DNA of 64,000 nucleotides from positions 38,628,001 through 38,692,000 of the forward strand of contig NC_086108.1 in NCBI RefSeq assembly GCF_963921235.1, written 5' to 3'. This DNA is from Mobula hypostoma. Taxonomy: Eukaryota. Made by a program: the position numbers and the translations under genes. The notes beneath the pieces are model-generated. The model saw only the letters and a program-made list of their open reading frames with translations, did no database searches and was not told where the DNA came from. Of the stretch, positions 11,862 through 24,800 are shown piece by piece (positions within the stretch are counted from its first letter, which is position 1; each line of letters opens with the position of its first letter).

Positions 11862-13941
11862 TGGGTTTTGGACTTTGTAACTACACTGGATGGCGATCTA
11901 GTGCAGTTATACAGCGATGAGTTTATTTACATTGTTCAGTAACATTAGATTCAAAATCATTGCATAATAGTTTTACTTTGAAAGAACGATAGGAGGCTGA
12001 GGATAGAAGATATCATATTGTAAGAATGCGGAGACAGGGTAAATGGCACGTTTAAGAAATGTTAATTAAAGTACCCACAATGTGATTAATGATAAGTTAT
12101 TGTCTCTGGGCTAGTGTTAGGTTTGCTGATTAAGCCGCAGTCTCAGATTGAAAACTGGTATCTGCTTACCGCACAGTAAAAATTTACCCAATTTATATGC
12201 AACATTACACATTTCATTGTTTAACATTGTTATCTTTCATATAACATACACGAGAGAGGCGTCTTTATATAAACAGATATGAGAACATGCAGTTGTGGTG
12301 CTAAAAGACCACATTGGGGTGATTGAAGCATTTCAAAGGGCAGTGTTTGAGATGTAGTTTTTGGAATGGTTGTATAAAATGAAATAGGATTGAAGTTAAA
12401 AAAGATAGATCACAAAAAGTATACTTGGCAGTGTCTGCTTCCCATGGGCTGAAATCCTCACTTGTACTTGCAAGTTTTATATTATTTTATGAAGCATCCT
12501 GTAGCTGTGTATGGTCAATGAGCTTGGAAGATTAGAGAGGTAATAATTGAATGTCTGAGCAAAGGGAAATGTCTTTGTATTTCATGAGAAGCCAAACATA
12601 CTGTAATTTGAAGATTTTTGATCTCTTTGTCTTGTGTTTTATGTTACAATGAAAATGCTCATGGCACACAAACTGTTAATACATAACCACACGTTTTCAT
12701 TGCTACCAGAAAAAGAGACACACAGAATATAAGCAGTCACCATTCAATATGATAATGGCTGGTCACCTTCTTCAGTTTTCTGCTCCTGGGTCCTCCCCAT
12801 AACCGTTGATCCAAGAATATATTTCATGATTGGACTTCCACAGGCTTCTGTGGTAGAGAATTTCATTCTCACTACTCTCTGGGTGAAGAAACCTGCACAC
12901 ATTTCAATTCTAAATGACTTTCTCCTTACAGGCTATGACACCTGGATCTGAACCTCAGGAACTTCCACCCCAGATATTGTCTGTTGATTCTGTTCAAATT
13001 TTATAGTTTCTATAAGGTCCAGAAAGCTCCATTATATTCCCTCCATGGCAGAAACATCCTTCCTCAGACAACAAGACCAAAACTTCACACCATAATTAAA
13101 TATGTGGTCTCACAAAGATTGTACAGTTACTGCAAGGCATTGTTGTCCCAGTACTCTAATCCTTTTGCAGTGAAGGTCAACATACCATATTTTTAAGAGA
13201 TTGCTATACAAGGACACCCAGATCCTGATTGGGAAGAGGAGGTTCGACAGTCACCATTCAGGTAACAATCCGTACTTTTAGCTCTAACATGGATACCTTC
13301 ATACTCACATTGAACTGCATTCACAGTGCTTTTTCTCATTCACCCAACTATTTAAAATCATATTTGAATCCCCTTTGCATTCTGCTCACAGTACCCTCTA
13401 GAATCATTTTAGCTGCAAATATGGAACTGTTATATTAAACTCTCTCATTCATACCACTGACATACTTGCAAATAACTAGGATTCCAAGCCCTGATCCCTC
13501 TAATTTCCCATTAATCACCATCTGGCAGACAAATGCTTATTCCTCCTTTGCCTCATCAATTAATTCTCAATCTAGGTCAGTATATTACCCCATTCTAAAT
13601 GTTTTCACTTTCACTCTAACCTCTTTTGTTGGATCTTATCAAAAACCTTCTGAAAGTTCACATATATCACATCCATTTGCTCTCCCTTGCCTATTACATT
13701 GCAAAATAAAGTTAACGGAGAAGCAACTTTGTGTTTGACTGTTTATGAAAAGGGCGACTGTAAACTTTTCCTCCCTAGTGGGTCTACTAGTTGCACCATT
13801 TGGCTCTCATTTGTCTCACCTTCCATTTGAACACAATCCATTTTTAAAAAAAGCATCAACCACTGAATATCAATATTACTTAGTTAAAAATGATTTTTTG
13901 AAAATAATGATGTGCTTCTGCACCTACTACTGCTGTATAAA

Positions 13942-14428
13942 GACAAGACATAGGAGCAGAATTAGGCTTTTTGGCCCTTCAAATCTGTTCCACCATTCGA
14001 TCGTGGCTGATTTATTTTCCCAGTCCTGCCTTACCCCTGTAACCCTTTCTAATCAATAATCTATCAAACTCCACTTTAAATATGCCCAATGACTTAGCCT
14101 CTACAGCCATCTGTGGAAATGAATTCCACAGATTCACCACTCTCTGGCCCTAGACTCTCGCACTATTGGAAAAATCATCTCCACCTCCACTCTTAGCCTT
14201 TCAATATTCCATAGGTTTCAATGAGATTCTTCCCCCATACCTCATTCTTCTAAACTCCAGTGAGTACAGGTCCAGAGCCATCAAATGCTCATATATTAAA
14301 CCTTTCATTCCCAGGATTATACTTATAAACCCCCACTGGACCCTCTTCAATATCATTATATCTTTTCTTAGATAAGGGGGTGAAATCTGTTCATAATGCT
14401 CCAAATGTGGTCTGACCAGTGCCTTACG
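13942..14428 (-). mobile_element. Degenerate CR1 3' fragment
   Basis: [25 protein letters not shown]1 3' UTR. Confidence 0.8.
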
Positions 14429-15481
14429 TAATGGAATATTCAGCTTTGGAAGCGGCAAGCTATTGCAGTGCATCCTTTGCATACATTTTTTTTGCTGGAA
14501 TTTTAAAGGGATCCTTTTTCCTTGCTTACACTGCATGTGGACAAGCTTACAGCTTCATTTGCTGAAGAACTGTAAATGATGATGAATGTGGCGGTCTGTA
14601 GACCAGCTTCTGGTCTGATGATGGAAGAAATGTTGGTGAAATTAATTTGGAATTGGAAGCTGTTACTGGGGCTCCTAACACAAGGATGATTGTTGTACTC
14701 CAACAAATCAGTGTTCTATTGCTGCCCACAGCTTTGCACATTTCACCTAGGCTTTTAATGGCAAAGGCACCCAAACTTCATCTCTGGAATATGCTTTTTG
14801 AAAGCACTGACAGTGAGCAACTCATATCTCTTGATAAATCCTTCTGTCAACTAGCACTCTGGTGCTGAGTGGGCTGAAGGGCCATTGACTGGCCAGATTA
14901 GATTTGTTTTCCAGTTTGTGCTGAGAATGGTAGATTGCAATTTTGCAGATGCAATGAAAAAAAAATCTAGTTAGAGTCATAGCCTGATGTGAAACGTCTT
15001 CAAGTGTTTGATTGTTTATGAAGAGGAGTTACCTGGTGATCTTTTAAGGAATTGGTTAAGTGTAAAGGTGCTTTGCTCAGCACTCAAAATCCCAATTAAC
15101 TTCACACTGGGAACACAATTTGCATAGATTACACTGGTTCTCAGTGAAAATAATAATCTTAAGGAAACCAAGGATAGGCAAAGTGTGCAGCCATGTGAAA
15201 AAGCTGCTTCCCAAGTTGTGAAATCTCTATTCAATCAGGTCTATTCTTGTTTATTTGAATCATGTACCAGGAACAATGATAAGTAAGAAGTTATTTATCT
15301 GCGGCAAAAACAAACATTCCTAACCCAAGCCCTGCTTCTTTGCTTTTTGACCAGTAATACAAGAGGATTTCTGATTTTATTTATTTTTTTCTTTTTCAAC
15401 ATATTCAAACAGCCTGCCACCAATCTAAGCTACTCAAAATTATCTGGGGTTTAAAACAAACTGATCTCTCACGAACCTTTC

Positions 15482-15635
15482 GGGTGGCACAGTAGGGTCG
15501 CGTAGGCTTAGCACTATTACAGTGCCAGTAACCTGGGCTCATTTCTTCTCCGTCTGTAAGGAGTCACCGTGACAGTATGGGTTTCCTCTAGGTGCCAAAG
15601 GTGTTTAGGTTAGTAGGTTAATGTGGTGAAATTGG
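15482..15635 (+). mobile_element. tRNA-derived V-SINE/HE1-like fragment
   Basis: GGTGGCACAGTAG A-box-like head and GGGTTTCCTC..GGTGC V-domain-like core. Confidence 0.55.
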
Positions 15636-15639
15636 GCAG

Positions 15640-18168
15640 TGCGGGCTTCAACTACTGCACAGAGTCTTGTCATCTTCAGAAGTTTTCTGATGACGCTGCC
15701 ATAGTTGGATGCATCAGCAAGGGAGATGAGGCTGAGTACGGTGGAAACTTTGTCGCATGGTGTAAGCAGAATTATCTGCAGCTTAATGTGAAAAAGACTA
15801 AGGAGCTGGTGGTAGACCTGAGGAGAGTTAAGGTACGGGTGACCCCTGTTTCCATCCAGGGGGTCAGTGTGGACATGGTGGAGGATTACAAATACCTGGG
15901 GATACGAATTGACAATAAACTGGACTGGTCAAAGGACACTGAGGCTGTCTACAAGAAGGGTCAGAGCCGTCTCTATTTCCTGAGGGGACTGAGGTCCTTT
16001 AACATCTGCTGGACAATGCTGAGGATGTTCTACTAGCCTGTGGTGGCCAGTGCGATCATGTTTGCTGTTGTGTGCTGGGGCAGCAGGCTGACGGTAGCAG
16101 ACACCAACAGAATCAACAGACTCATTCATAAGGCCAGTGATGTTGTGGGGATGGAACTGGACTCTCTGACAGTGGTGTCTAAAAAGAGGATGCTGTCCAA
16201 GTTGCATGCCATCTTGGACAATGTCTCCCATCCACTACATAATGATGATGGTGAGGACAATATGATTGATGTTCTGGAGCATGTTGATATTGAGGGAGAG
16301 GAGGTGTTGGAGTTGTTAAAATCCATTAGGACAGCTAAGTACCCGGGGCCTGACAGAATATTCCCCAGGCTGCTCCATGAGGCGGGAGAAGAGATTGCTG
16401 AGTCTCTAGCTAGGATCTTTATGTCCTCATTGTCCATGAGAATGGTACCAGAGGATTGGAGGGAGGCGAATGTTGTCCCCTTGTTCAAAAGAGGTAGTAG
16501 GGATAGTCCGGGTAATTATAGACCAGTGAGCCTTACGTCTGTGGTGGGAAAGCTGTTGGAAAAGATTCTTAGAGATAGGATCTCTAGGCATTTAGAGAAT
16601 CATGGTCTGATCAGGGACAGTCAGCATGGCTTTGTGAAGGGCAGATCATGTCTAACAAGCCTGATAGAGTTCTTTGAGGAGGTGACCAGGCATATAGATG
16701 AAGGTAGTGCAGTGGATGTGATCTATATGGATTTTAGTAAGGCATTTGACAAGGCTCCACACGGTAGGCTCATTCAGAAAGTCAGAAGGCATGAGATCCA
16801 GGGAAATTTGGCCAGGTGGATTCAGAATTGGCTTGCCTGCAGAAAGCAGAGGGTGGTGGTGGAGGGAGTACATTCAGATTGGAGGATTGTGACTAGTGGT
16901 GTCCCACAAGGATCTGTTCTGGGACCTCTACTTTTCGTGATTTTTATTAATGACCTGGATGTAGGGGTAGAAGGGTGGGTTGGCAAGTTTGCAGACGACA
17001 CAAAGGTTGGTGGTGTTATAGATAGTGTAGAGGATTGTCAAAGATTGCAGAGAGACAGTGATAGGATGCAGGAGTGGGCTGAGAAGTGGCAGATGGATTT
17101 CAACCTGGAGAAGTGTGAGGTGGTACACTTTGGAAGGACAAACTCCAAGGTAGAGTATAAAGTAAATGGCAGGATACTTGGTAGTGTGGAGGAGCAGAGG
17201 GATCTGGGGGTACATGTTCACAGATCCCTGAAAGTTGCCTCACAGGTAGATAGGGTAGTTAAGAAAGCTTATGGGGTGTTAGCTTTCATAAGTCAAGGGA
17301 TAGAGTTTAATAGTCGCGATGTAATGATGCAGCTCTATAAAACTCTGGTTAGGCCACACTTGGAGTACTGTGTCCAGTTCTGGTCACCTCACTATAGAAA
17401 GGATGTGGAAGCATTGGAAAGGGTACAGAGGAGATTTACCAGGATGCTGCCTGGTTTAGAAAGTATGCATTATGATCAGAGATTAAGGGAGCTAGGGCTT
17501 TACTCTTTGGAGAGAAGGAGGATGAGAGGAGACATGATAGAGGTGTACAAGATAATAAGAGGAATAGATAGAGTGGATAGCCAGCGCCTCTTCCCCAGGG
17601 CACCACTGCTAAATACAAGAGGACATGGCTTTAAAGTAAGGGGTGGGAAGTTCAAGGGGGATATTAGAGGAAGGTTTTTTACTCAGAGTGGTTGGTGCGT
17701 GGAATGCACTGCCTGGGTCAGTGGTGGAGGCAGATACACTAGTGAAGTTTAAGAGACTACTAGACAGGTATATGAAGGAATTTAAGGTGGGGGCTTATAT
17801 GGGAGGCAGGGTTTGAGGGTCAGCACAACATTGTGGGCCAAAGGGCCTGTACTGTGCTGTACTATTCTATGTTCTATAATGTAATGGTTGGGCACAGGAG
17901 TACGTTCAGCCAGAGACTCATTCCACTGAGATGCAACACAGAGCGTCATAGGAAGTCATTCCTGCCTTTGGCCATCAAACTTTACAACTCCTGCCTTAGA
18001 GGGTCAGACACCCTGAGCCAATAGGCTGGTCCTGGACCTATTTCCTGGCATAATCTACATATTACTATTTAACTATTTATGGTTTTATTATTACTATTTA
18101 ATTATTTATGGCACAACTGTAATGAAAACCAATTTCCCCCGGGATCAATAAAGTATGACTATGACTAT
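15640..18168 (+). mobile_element. Rex1/Babar LINE 3' part (15640-16244 and 17876-18168), interrupted by CR1
   Basis: LQKFSDDAAIVGCI, LNVKKTKELVVD, YKYLG..DNKLDW, QSRLYFLR; AATAAA(GTATGACT)-type tail. Confidence 0.9.
16245..17875 (+). mobile_element. 5'-truncated CR1 (RT) with ATAATG TSD
   Basis: Open RT ([23 protein letters not shown]); ATAATG at 16239-16244 and 17876-17881. Confidence 0.92.
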
Positions 18169-18409
18169 TGTTGGGACAGGAGCTGTGCTGTTACTGTGCT
18201 CTCTGTGTAAATAAAACAAAACTACAGAGCACATTTTTACTGACTGTATTGAAGTTCAGTGGAGACTTAGGTGATTATCTGTAAGGAGCTCCCATAGACA
18301 GTTTTCCTTCTCTACTTTAAACTATTAACCACAATATATTCATACAGCCAGGAAAAAAAGACATTACAAGACATTTCTATTTATAGTACTGTATGTAATA
18401 TTGTAAAAA

Positions 18410-18500
18410 TTTATTTCTTTTCCTTGTGACAATAAAAGGCAAGCATGGCAAACTGTACAAAAAGTATTAACAAATTTTGTTAACTTGTAAACAATTTATT
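18410..18500 (-). promoter_or_regulatory. Candidate ASPM polyadenylation signals (AATAAA at 18495-18500 and 18410-18415)
   Basis: Two minus-strand AATAAA 220-310 nt after the stop; the distal one is followed by GT/T-rich sequence. Confidence 0.5.
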
Positions 18501-18719
18501 GGATAACTCCACCCTCATTGTTTTCAGACTGAAGATGGACAATAACATTTCACCATGAGTGTCATGCATACGAAGGTTGCTTATGCAACCGAACTATATT
18601 TAACCAACTTTAGCAAATATACAAGCAGTACAAGTTGGAAAAGTTGAAGTTTTTTTGCATACATTTATATCAACATACCTAGCATTAAAATCAACTCTTT
18701 CCCCCTATTTTTTGAGATT

Positions 18720-18822
18720 TTAAAGAGAAATTCCAAGCGTATCTACGACCAACTGAATTGCTTTTAAAGGATCCACGACTTCTTTCACGTTGTCTCTCCT
18801 CAAGACCCAGTCTGGTTTTAAT
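18720..18822 (-). CDS. ASPM: ASPM last coding exon (103 bp CDS incl. TAA)
   Basis: gcAG|A TTA AAA CCA GAC TGG = [33 protein letters not shown]. Confidence 0.95.
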
Positions 18823-21800
18823 CTGCGAAACAGAGAAGTATAGAAATTTAGCCACGTCCTACAGGAAGAATTAAAGGAAACTGGAATGGGCAAGGTAAGG
18901 GAATGCCAGCAATGAACAAATGCAAAGAAAATAAATGGATTCTTACTTAGAAACTGCTCTTGTTCGCACTGGAGTGGCTGGAATATATAAACTACCATTG
19001 AGAGGAGCTTGCATGCGTTGCTTAACATTTACTCTGTCTGCATCCATTTTATGTTTCCTTGCTGTCAGTTTATAAACATTTCTGATTCGATCTACTGCTT
19101 TTGGCAAACTACGGACCTCCTGGAAGCAAAAACTATCATTAGATAATGTTACATTTATCAAATAATATTTTTCATTGTTTTGGTGGGACTACTGGAGAAG
19201 AAGAAATAAGCAGAAATTAATTGTGACCTTGTAATTATCAACACAAGTTTATTCTTTGCTACTTCTACTTATTCAACAAAATCGAAAGAGAGCAGACAAA
19301 ATTGCTATTCTGTTAAACTGCATTCTGAGAGTAATGTGAAGTATGACGTGTTAAGAAATCATCTTAGATATGACAACCAAGTTCTTTATGTGTCAATGCA
19401 AGGAGCATTCGTAATAAGGTGGATGAATTGAAAGTGCAGATTGTTATTAATGATTATGATATAGTTGGGATCACAGAGACATGGCTCCAGGGTGACCAGG
19501 GATGAGAGCTCAACGTTCAGGGATATTCAATATTCAGGAGGGATAGACATGAAGGAAGGGGAGGTGGGGTGGCGTTGCTGGTTAATGAAGAGATTAACGC
19601 AATAAAAAGGAAGGACATAAGCCAGGAAGATGTGGAATCGATATGGGTAGAGCTGCGTAACACTAAGGGGCAGAAGACGCTGGTGGGAGTTGTGTACAGG
19701 CCACCTAACAGTAGTAGTGAGGTCGGAGATGGTATTAAACAGGAAATTAGAAATGTGTGCAATAAAGGAACAGCAGTTATAATGGGTGACTTCAATCTAC
19801 ATGTAGACTGGGTGAACCAAATTGGTAAAGGTGCTGAGGAAGAGGATTTCTTGGAATGTATGCGGGATGGTTTTTTGAACCAACATGTCGAGGAACCAAC
19901 TAGAGAGCAGGCTATTCTGGACCGGGTTTTGAGCAATGAGGAAGGGTTAATTAGCGATCTTGTCGTGAGAGGCCCCTTGGGTAAGAGTGACCATAATATG
20001 GTGGAATTCTTCATTAATATGGAGAGTGACATAGTTAATTCAGAAACAAAGGTTCTGAACTTAAAGAGGGGTAACTTTGAAGGTATGAGACGTGAATTAG
20101 CTAAGATAGACTGGCAAATGACACTTAAAGGATTGACGGTGGATATGCAATGGCAAGCATTTGAAGGTTGCATGGATGAACTACAACAATTGTTCATCTC
20201 AGTTTGGCAAAAGAATAAATCAAGGAAGGTAGTGCACCCGTGGCTGACAAGAGAAATTAGGGATAGTATCAATTCCAAAGAAGTAGCATACAAATTAGCC
20301 AGAGAAAGTGGCTCACCTGAGGACTGGGAGAAATTCAGAGTTCAGCAGAGGAGGACAAAGGGCTTAATTAGGAAGGGGAAAAAAGATTATGAGAGAAAAC
20401 TGGCGGAGAACATAAAAACGGACTGTAAAAGCTTTTATAGATATGTAAAAAGGAAAAGACTGGTAAAGACAAATGTAGGTCCCCTGCAGACAGAAACAGG
20501 TGAACTGATTATGGGGAGCAAGGACATGGCAGACCAATTGAATAATTACTTTGGTTCTGTCTTCACTAAGGAGGACATAAATAATCTTCCAGAAATAGTA
20601 AGGGACAGAGGGTCCAGTGAGATGGAGGAACTGAGTGAAATACATGTTAGTAGGGAAGTGGTGTTAGGTAAATTGAAGGGATTGAAGGCAGATAAATCCC
20701 CAGGGCCAGATGGTCTGCGTCCTAGAGTGCTTAAGGAAGTAGCCCAAGAAATAGTGGATGCATTAGTGATAATTTTTCAAAACTCGTTAGATTCTGGACT
20801 AGTTCCTGAGGATTGGAGGGTGGCTAATGTAACCCCACTTTTTAAAAAAGGAGGGAGAGAGAAACCGGGGAATTATAGACCCGTTAGCCTAACGTCGGTG
20901 GTGGGGAAACTGCTGGAGTCAGTTATCAAGGATGTGATAACAGCACAGTTGGAAAGCGGTGAAATGATCGGACAAAGTCAGCATGGATTTGTGAAAGGAA
21001 AATCATGTCTGACGAATCTCATAGAATTTTTTGAGGATGTAACTAGTAGAGTGGATAGGGGAGAACCAGTGGATGTGGTATATTTGGATTTTCAAAAGGC
21101 TTTTGACAAGGTCCCACACAGGAGATTAGTGTGCAAACTTAAAGCACATGGTATTGGGGGTAAGGTATTGGTGTGGGTGGAGAATTGGTTAGCAGACAGG
21201 AAGCAAAGAGTGGGAATAAACGGGACCTTTTCAGAATGGCAGGCGGTGACTAGTGGGGTACCGCAAGGCTCAGTGCTGGGACCCCAGTTGTTTACAATAT
21301 ATATTAATGACTTGGATGAGGGAATTAAATGCAGCATCTCCAAGTTTGCGGATGACACGAAGCTGGGTGGCAGTGTTAGCAGTGAGGAGGATGCTAAGAG
21401 GATGCAGGGTGACTTGGATAGGTTGGGTGAGTGGGCAAACTCATGGCAGATGCAATTTAACGTGGATAAATGTGAAGTTATCCACTTTGGTGGCAAAAAT
21501 AGGAAAACAGATTATTATCTGAATGGTGGCCGATTAGGAAAAGGGGAGGTGCAACGAGACCTGGGTGTCATTATACACCAGTCATTGAAAGTGGGCATGC
21601 AGGTACAGCAGGCGGTGAAAAAGGCGAATGGTATGCTGGCATTTATAGCGAGAGGATTCGAGTACAGGAGCAGGGAGGTACTACTGCAGTTGTACAAGGC
21701 CTTGGTGAGACCACACCTGGAGTATTGTGTGCAGTTTTGGTCCCCTAATCTGAGGAAAGACATCTTTGCCATAGAGGGAGTACAAAGAAGGTTCACCAGA

Positions 21801-24800
21801 TTGATTCCTGGGATGGCAGGACTTTCATATGAAGAAAGACTGGATGAACTGGGCTTGTACTCGTTGGAATTTAGAAGATTGAGGGGGGATCTGATTGCAA
21901 CGAGACCTGGGTGTCATTATACACCAGTCATTGAAAGTGGGCATGCAGGTACAGCAGGCGGTGAAAAAGGCGAACGGTATGCTGGCATTTATAGCGAGAG
22001 GATTCGAGTACAGGAGCAGGGAGGTACTACTGCAGTTGTACAAGGCCTTGGTGAGACCACACCTGGAGTATTGTGTGCAGTTTTGGTCCCCTAATCTGAG
22101 GAAAGACATCTTTGCCATAGAGGGAGTACAAAGAAGGTTCACCAGATTGATTCCTGGGATGGCAGGTCTTTCATATGAAGAAAGACTGGATGAACTGGGC
22201 TTGTACTCGTTGGAATTTAGAAGATTGAGGGGGGATCTGATTGAAACGTATAAGATCCTAAAGGGATTGGACAGGCTAGATGCAGGAAGATTGTTCCCGA
22301 TGTTGGGGAGGTCTAGAACGAGGGGTCACAGTTTGAGGATAGAGGGGAAGCCTTTTAGGACCGAGGTTAGGAAAAACTTCTTCACACAGAGAGTGGTGAA
22401 TCTGTGGAATTCTCTGCCACAGCAAACTGTTGAGGCCAGTTCATTAGCTATGTTTAAAAGGAAGTTAGATATGGCCCTTGTGGCTACAGGGGTCAGGGGG
22501 TATGGAGGGAAGGCTGGGTTCTGAGTTGGATGATCAGCCATGATCATAATAAATGGCGGTGCAGGCTCGAAGGGCCGAATGGCCTACTCCTGCACCTATT
22601 TTCTATGTTTCTATGTTTCTATGGATGAACTGGGCTTGTACTCGTTGGAATTTAGAAGATTGAGGGGGGATCTGATTGAAACGTATAAGATCCTAAAGGG
22701 ATTGGACAGGCTAGATGCAGGAAGATTGTTCCCGATGTTGGGGAAGTCCAGAACGAGGGGTCACAGTTTGAGGATAGAGGGGAAGCCTTTTAGGACCGAG
22801 ATTAGGAAAAACTTCTTCACACAGAGAGTGGTGAATCTGTGGAATTCTCTGCCACAGGAAACAGTTGAGGCCAGTTCATTGGCTATGTTTAAGAGGGAGT
22901 TAGATATGGCCCTTGTGGCTACAGGGGTCAGGGGGTATGGAGGGAAGGCTGGGGCGGGGTTCTGAGTTGGATGATCAGCCATGATCATAATAAATGGCGG
23001 TGCAGGCTCGAAGGGCCAAATGGCCTACTCCTGCACCTATTTTCTATGTTTCTATGTTTCATATAGTTGCTATCAAAAAAACATTTTTTTCCACCAATTC
23101 AAGATCTGCCATGATGCGATACCCATCTAGATAATGTCAGGCAAAGATATTTCTTTCAACCACTGGAAATATCCTTCCAATCCATTGTAAGTAGCATGTG
23201 AAGACAATAGATGCAGGAGTAGGCCATTCGGTTTCGAGCCAGCACCACCAGTCACTGTGATCATGGCTGATCATCCACAATCAGTACCCTGTTCCTGCCT
23301 TCTCCCCATATCCCTTGACTCCGCTATCTCTAAAAGCTCTATCTAACTCTTCTTGAAAGAATCCAGAGAATTGGCCTCCACTACCTTCTTAGGCAGAGCA
23401 TTCCACCGATCCACGGACCAAGGACATAAATCTACACTATCTGAAATTGTGATAACTATATGCAGCAGTCTTTAATTGTTACATTATTTTGTAATGATTT
23501 CCATAAAAAATACAAAGATTTCTGGCACTGAGCCAATGATTTTGGACAAAAAAAAACAAATTCTTGGATCTCAGTGTCCTCACAGACCCAGAACATTTGT
23601 TTTCTAGACTGCATTCTGAAACTTATATGCAAACATGCACCTTGCCACTTGTGTTGTTGCCTTTTTTGACCACCAATTCATCGCAAGTTAAGTGAAACAT
23701 AATGAAATATTAACTTGAAGACAAAATTTACTCCCGGCATTGCCAAGAAAGTTTTTTTTTAGGAAAACGTTGCCGATAAGCAGAATGAAAGCTACCTTCA
23801 AGTTTTCTATGGTTGATTTGCCATGAAAATGAAGCTCACAACCATGTAAAGGAATGAGATGGAGTTTGTGTAGCGAGCCATCCTTCCTGTTACCTGTATC
23901 TCTTTTTAATATTCAGGGATTTCACATAGGAAGTGATTAACTATAAACTTAGTTTAAAAATGATTTAAATCATTTGCTAAATGTGTGATGATTTCATTAA
24001 TCCAGGTTGGGAGCAAAACTGCAAAAATGTCTCAACTTAACTTCAGTGTTAGGTCAAAAAAAAGTTCAGTAGTCTGGAAGAAGTGTTTGACTCTAATATT
24101 AAGCAAAAGCAACATCTGCTTGGATTGTGCATTTTGAGGTAGACTAGCCTGGGGACAAGACTCCCCACATGTCGGGTTAGTTACTGAACGTACTGAAGTT
24201 TAGCTGGCTCCATGTCCAGACATTACTGCATTCAACATAGAAAAATAAGGACAAAAAAAAAAGAAATGGACATTCACCACATTAACCATGGTCAACAACT
24301 GTTCACTTACAGCCTATTCTTTGGATACAATTGCCTATTGTGCTTGCTTAGGTATCTGTCAAAAGTGGGAAACCAACTGGTAACATAAACATCTTATTTA
24401 TACTGGAATATAAAAAGGCCATACAGTACCTAACAGAAAACTTAAAAATTAAAATTAAAAACATACATAAATACATATACTTACAAAAGCGTTCTTTGAA
24501 TCTTGCGACAGAATTGCCAGTAAACAGCAAACTTTTGTAAAAATACTGCCACATTTGTCAGACGTTTTATCACCAGCTTTCCCTCTATATGTATACAATA
24601 GCTCAAGCAAGGTATCAATGGAATTGTCCACTTCGTAAACCACTGAGGCTGTCTTTTCATACTGAAGACCATAAAAAATATTCATAATTAAAATTAAAGA
24701 TTGAAAATCTATCATCCAAACAGAAGGAAAACTGAGAACAATCAACGGCTTAACAAATTTGATTGACTACAACATACTTTACAACAACAATCATAAACTT

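Noticed and set aside
11660..12100. HNF1-like GTTAAT motifs as a liver promoter for the CCP pseudogene
   Set aside because: Short AT-rich matches are expected by chance here; not supportable.
14430..15240. Short ORFs as further exons of a host gene
   Set aside because: No recognisable domain or consistent splice pattern; probably decayed repeat.
15482..15560. tRNA gene
   Set aside because: Degenerate SINE head; no cloverleaf supportable.
19569..22094. 841-aa RT ORF as a retron, DGR or defence-type system
   Set aside because: Ordinary CR1 ORF2 in a eukaryotic intron; the odd C-terminus is caused by the 346-bp duplication frameshift.
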